Below, one piece after another: positions 61,187 to 64,000 of a stretch of DNA of 64,000 nucleotides (positions are counted from its first letter, which is position 1; the number at the start of each line of letters is the position of its first letter). The stretch comes from Promethearchaeota archaeon. GTDB taxonomy: Archaea > Asgardarchaeota > Lokiarchaeia > Sigyniarchaeales > SOKP01. Below the pieces are notes generated by a model. It saw nothing but the letters and a program-made list of their open reading frames with translations, did not search any database and was not told the origin of the DNA. The stretch is from assembly GCA_019057795.1 (NCBI GenBank), contig JAHLWS010000056.1, forward strand, positions 1 to 64,000, read 5' to 3'. The position numbers were made by a program, and so were the translations under genes.

Positions 61187-62632
61187 TCATTCAATATCCA
61201 AAATATCTTTGATTAACTCTTTTTTATTTTCCAAATTAGCTTGTCTTGATATCATAATCCTTTGCGCTTGTGGACTTCCTGCTCCGTGCATTGATTCCGT
61301 CCTATAACTAACAGAAGCCACGCCCATTGTTAAATTTTCAATAAATCTTAGAACTTTATATCTATCCTCAGCGCATGTTTCTTCACATGTATTAAGATAT
61401 TTCGCAATTAAACGCCCAATTTCCTCCGATTTAAAGTCTGCTTCAGAGGGCATTGTACAGATTAGCCCCCCAGCTAAATCCTCAGCAAGCCGCCCTATTT
61501 CGTATGGAAAACGAGTAACATTTAGTTTACATACATTTGCCAAAAGCATATCCATTTCAAAGTTTCCTGCTTCCCGCTGGAACCCTAACGAACTGCAAGC
61601 AATACCACAACAATATAGTGTTTCGTTTAAGTGAACCATTTCCACAATTTTATCTCGTATATGAGATGACTTTTCGGTTCCATTGTATTCAGTAATCAAG
61701 GATGACGCACCGATGAGTACATCACCTACACCAACTTTACATCCGCCATAGGACTGCCGATGGAAACCAGCGAACCTATTAACTAATTTACCTGCAAACT
61801 CTATTTCTCCCCTCATAAATATTTGATCATTTGGTATAAACACATTATCAAATATTACAAATATTTCTTGGCCGCCATACTTGAAGTTTCCAATGTCTAA
61901 TTTACCAGGTTCCATTTTTCTAGTGTCACACGACTGCCTTCCATATACCAATGTTATTCCCTTTTCATTCGTATTAACGCCAAAACTTACAGCGTACTGT
62001 TCTTCACCGGGTCGTAAAGAAAGAGTGGGCATAATAATTGCTCTATGTGAGTTCAAATATCCAGTTTGGTGGATTTTTGCACCGCGAACAATTATTCCGT
62101 CATCAATTTCCTCGACAATATGTAAAAAAGCGTCTGGATCAGGTTGGTCTTTAGGTCTTTTGCTTCTATCTCCTTTAGTATCTGTCATGGCACCACCCAC
62201 CATCAAATCTTGCGACTGTACTTCAATCCAATACTTTTTGAAGCGGTTATGGTAATCAGTACCATTTTTTTTGTCCATTTCATAGGTTACACTATATAAA
62301 GCATTAGCGGTGTCAAAACCTACGCACCTTTGGAAGCAACACGCTGTTTGTTGACCCAATAACCTCTGCATCTTTACCTTTTTAATTAAATCGTCAACAG
62401 ATTGGTGAATATGCGTAAATCTGTTAATAGTTTCACCTGTTAAATGTGATGTGGCGGTCATAAGATCTTCATACTCGTCCATCTGAGCTAATTCGTAAAT
62501 CTTCATAACCGTATTGATTGAGGGTCTTATAATAGGGTGATTCCAAAATTCCTTAACTTTTTCACCAAAAATATACAAATTTACAGGTCGTTTTATGCTT
62601 TCTAAATACTGTTCTGGGGTTTTTAAAGGCAT
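61187..62632 (-). CDS. abfD: 4-hydroxybutyryl-CoA dehydratase/vinylacetyl-CoA isomerase
   Basis: CCFQRCVG, HRQSYGGCK, ESMHGAGSPQAQ. Confidence 0.93.
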   Translation of the reverse strand: MPLKTPEQYLESIKRPVNLYIFGEKVKEFWNHPIIRPSINTVMKIYELAQMDEYEDLMTATSHLTGETINRFTHIHQSVDDLIKKVKMQRLLGQQTACCFQRCVGFDTANALYSVTYEMDKKNGTDYHNRFKKYWIEVQSQDLMVGGAMTDTKGDRSKRPKDQPDPDAFLHIVEEIDDGIIVRGAKIHQTGYLNSHRAIIMPTLSLRPGEEQYAVSFGVNTNEKGITLVYGRQSCDTRKMEPGKLDIGNFKYGGQEIFVIFDNVFIPNDQIFMRGEIEFAGKLVNRFAGFHRQSYGGCKVGVGDVLIGASSLITEYNGTEKSSHIRDKIVEMVHLNETLYCCGIACSSLGFQREAGNFEMDMLLANVCKLNVTRFPYEIGRLAEDLAGGLICTMPSEADFKSEEIGRLIAKYLNTCEETCAEDRYKVLRFIENLTMGVASVSYRTESMHGAGSPQAQRIMISRQANLENKKELIKDILDIE

Positions 62633-62765
62633 TTTTCTATTCTCTTAGATTTTTAATTTATTATTTTAAATAAAACAAGTAATGTAATTAAAAATTTCTT
62701 TAATATCTCTAAAACAATAAAGTGAAAAAATTAAAGTTTTAAATCGAATGTTCTTTTTGATGGTA

Positions 62766-63647
62766 TTAATGACTATCTTGATTCGCTTCTAAATGACGTA
62801 GCCTTTTTTCCAAAATACTCATTGTTTCAATTACATTATTCATTGTTTTATGGATTTCTTTGACGCTGTTTTGAACTTGTCCAATTTGATCTAAGATGAA
62901 AGACATTACATCTGATTTTTTTACAGGTTCAGTCAACCAGGTAAAAATTTTATGTAAGAACTTCTGATTATCAAGAGTATTAATACCTATATTATCATCA
63001 CTGCAAAAAATATCGATATCGCCAAAAGCAACGACCTTACCTTGCCCAAATTCAGAATAAGCGGCTACTATATGTTGTTGCTCTTTATCTCTTATCCATT
63101 TTTCAGAAGAGGTATTAAAAATTTCTGACCAGAAATTATTTTGATTTGTTTGTAAAAGTGGTTTTGCACCTTTATTTAAGAAGAGGGAACAAGTTCCACC
63201 TATTACAACTTCCCTTAATCCATTAATAATATTATTTTTAGGAAAATTTTGAATATGTAATATACTTGAACGATTATGATTATTGGAATTTTGTTCTTTT
63301 ATAAGATTCTTCTCAAATAGGATACCAAAATTAGGAGCTATATCATTCAAATTAGTTTTTTGAAGATAATCGGCTCCATATTCACTTACAAGAATTAAAT
63401 TCCCTCCAGTTCTAACGTAATTAACAATGTCCTTGATCTCGATGTTTGAAAAGTAATCGTCAATAGGATTGCCCAGAACTAAAACATCAACATTTTCCAA
63501 AAGCTTTTTCGTTACATCTTTATTCTCGTTTTTCTTAATCTTGAGATTTAGATTTTGAAGAAGTTTTAAAAGATCTGAAAAATCTGAAAAATCAATATCG
63601 AGCATCTCGTTATGATTTAAGTCAAAAAGAATCGTTTTTCTCAGCAT
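62766..63647 (-). CDS. GIFT-domain (IFT52/GldG-like) protein with C-terminal coiled coil
   Basis: TILFD...P...FS..EI..I.NYVRTGG, TNLN, FGI, GKVVAFGD..IF, N.KF...IF.WLT. Confidence 0.75.
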   Translation of the reverse strand: MLRKTILFDLNHNEMLDIDFSDFSDLLKLLQNLNLKIKKNENKDVTKKLLENVDVLVLGNPIDDYFSNIEIKDIVNYVRTGGNLILVSEYGADYLQKTNLNDIAPNFGILFEKNLIKEQNSNNHNRSSILHIQNFPKNNIINGLREVVIGGTCSLFLNKGAKPLLQTNQNNFWSEIFNTSSEKWIRDKEQQHIVAAYSEFGQGKVVAFGDIDIFCSDDNIGINTLDNQKFLHKIFTWLTEPVKKSDVMSFILDQIGQVQNSVKEIHKTMNNVIETMSILEKRLRHLEANQDSH

Positions 63648-63833
63648 TTTTACTTATAAATGTGATAAAAATAAGCCTATAAAAATTATTGCATAACTAA
63701 ATCTTTAACAGAAAAATTTTATAACTATTAAAGAATAATCCTTTTTGGAACATATTTTAGATATAAATATCAAATATTAATACCTTATCAACTAAAAAAA
63801 CAAATGGTTAACACACTTAACGGAATGTGAATT

Positions 63834-64000
63834 ATGACTAAAAAATTTAACACTATTGCTGTTTGCGGGCTATCTTGGGGCGACGAAGGTAAAGGGAAAA
63901 TAACTGATTACTTAGCCCAAAAATCAGATATTGTGGTAAGATACAACGGCGGAAATAACGCGGGACATACAATTGAAGCTAATGGGATAAAATACAAATT
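63834..64000 (+). CDS. purA: Adenylosuccinate synthetase (5' part, truncated by the window edge)
   Basis: [25 protein letters not shown]. Confidence 0.95.
   Translation, partial: MTKKFNTIAVCGLSWGDEGKGKITDYLAQKSDIVVRYNGGNNAGHTIEANGIKYK

Noticed and set aside
1-64000. CRISPR arrays, tRNA or rRNA genes
   Set aside because: None seen on reading; short or intron-split tRNAs could be missed without a covariance search.

Overview
AT-rich archaeal chromosomal window, most likely from an Asgard archaeon (Lokiarchaeia/Promethearchaeota). The assignment is an inference from archaeal uL16/L10e, Cdc6/Orc1, XerA and RNase P RNA together with Loki-type LRR proteins and MglA-like, PCI-like and IFT52-like proteins. 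It carries housekeeping and fermentative genes: an acyl-CoA mutase operon with MeaB, grpE/dnaK/dnaJ, a glycyl radical enzyme and its activase, DmsAB-like subunits, thiolase, AbfD, TrxR, TldD/E and the start of purA. It also holds an intact ISH3-family IS, several relics and an accessory island between grpE and dnaK. The main result is that the membrane H+-pyrophosphatase gene hppA is interrupted in two catalytic motifs by 30-nt (31718-31747) and 34-nt (31573-31606) inserts. Each insert folds with its flanks into a canonical bulge-helix-bulge (BHB) motif. Cutting at the BHB-predicted positions restores AGGAWDNAKK and GDPFKDTAGPS and gives a 706-aa protein. These are candidate tRNA-splicing-endonuclease-type introns in a protein-coding mRNA. 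Other notable items are an LRR protein fused to an Hsp70-lid-like domain next to dnaK, a 47-bp direct repeat bracketing a 1.6-kb insert, isobutyryl-CoA-mutase specificity residues, and an ACD-alpha-like protein lacking its phospho-His loop. All calls come from reading the sequence by eye; no searches or folding programs were run.
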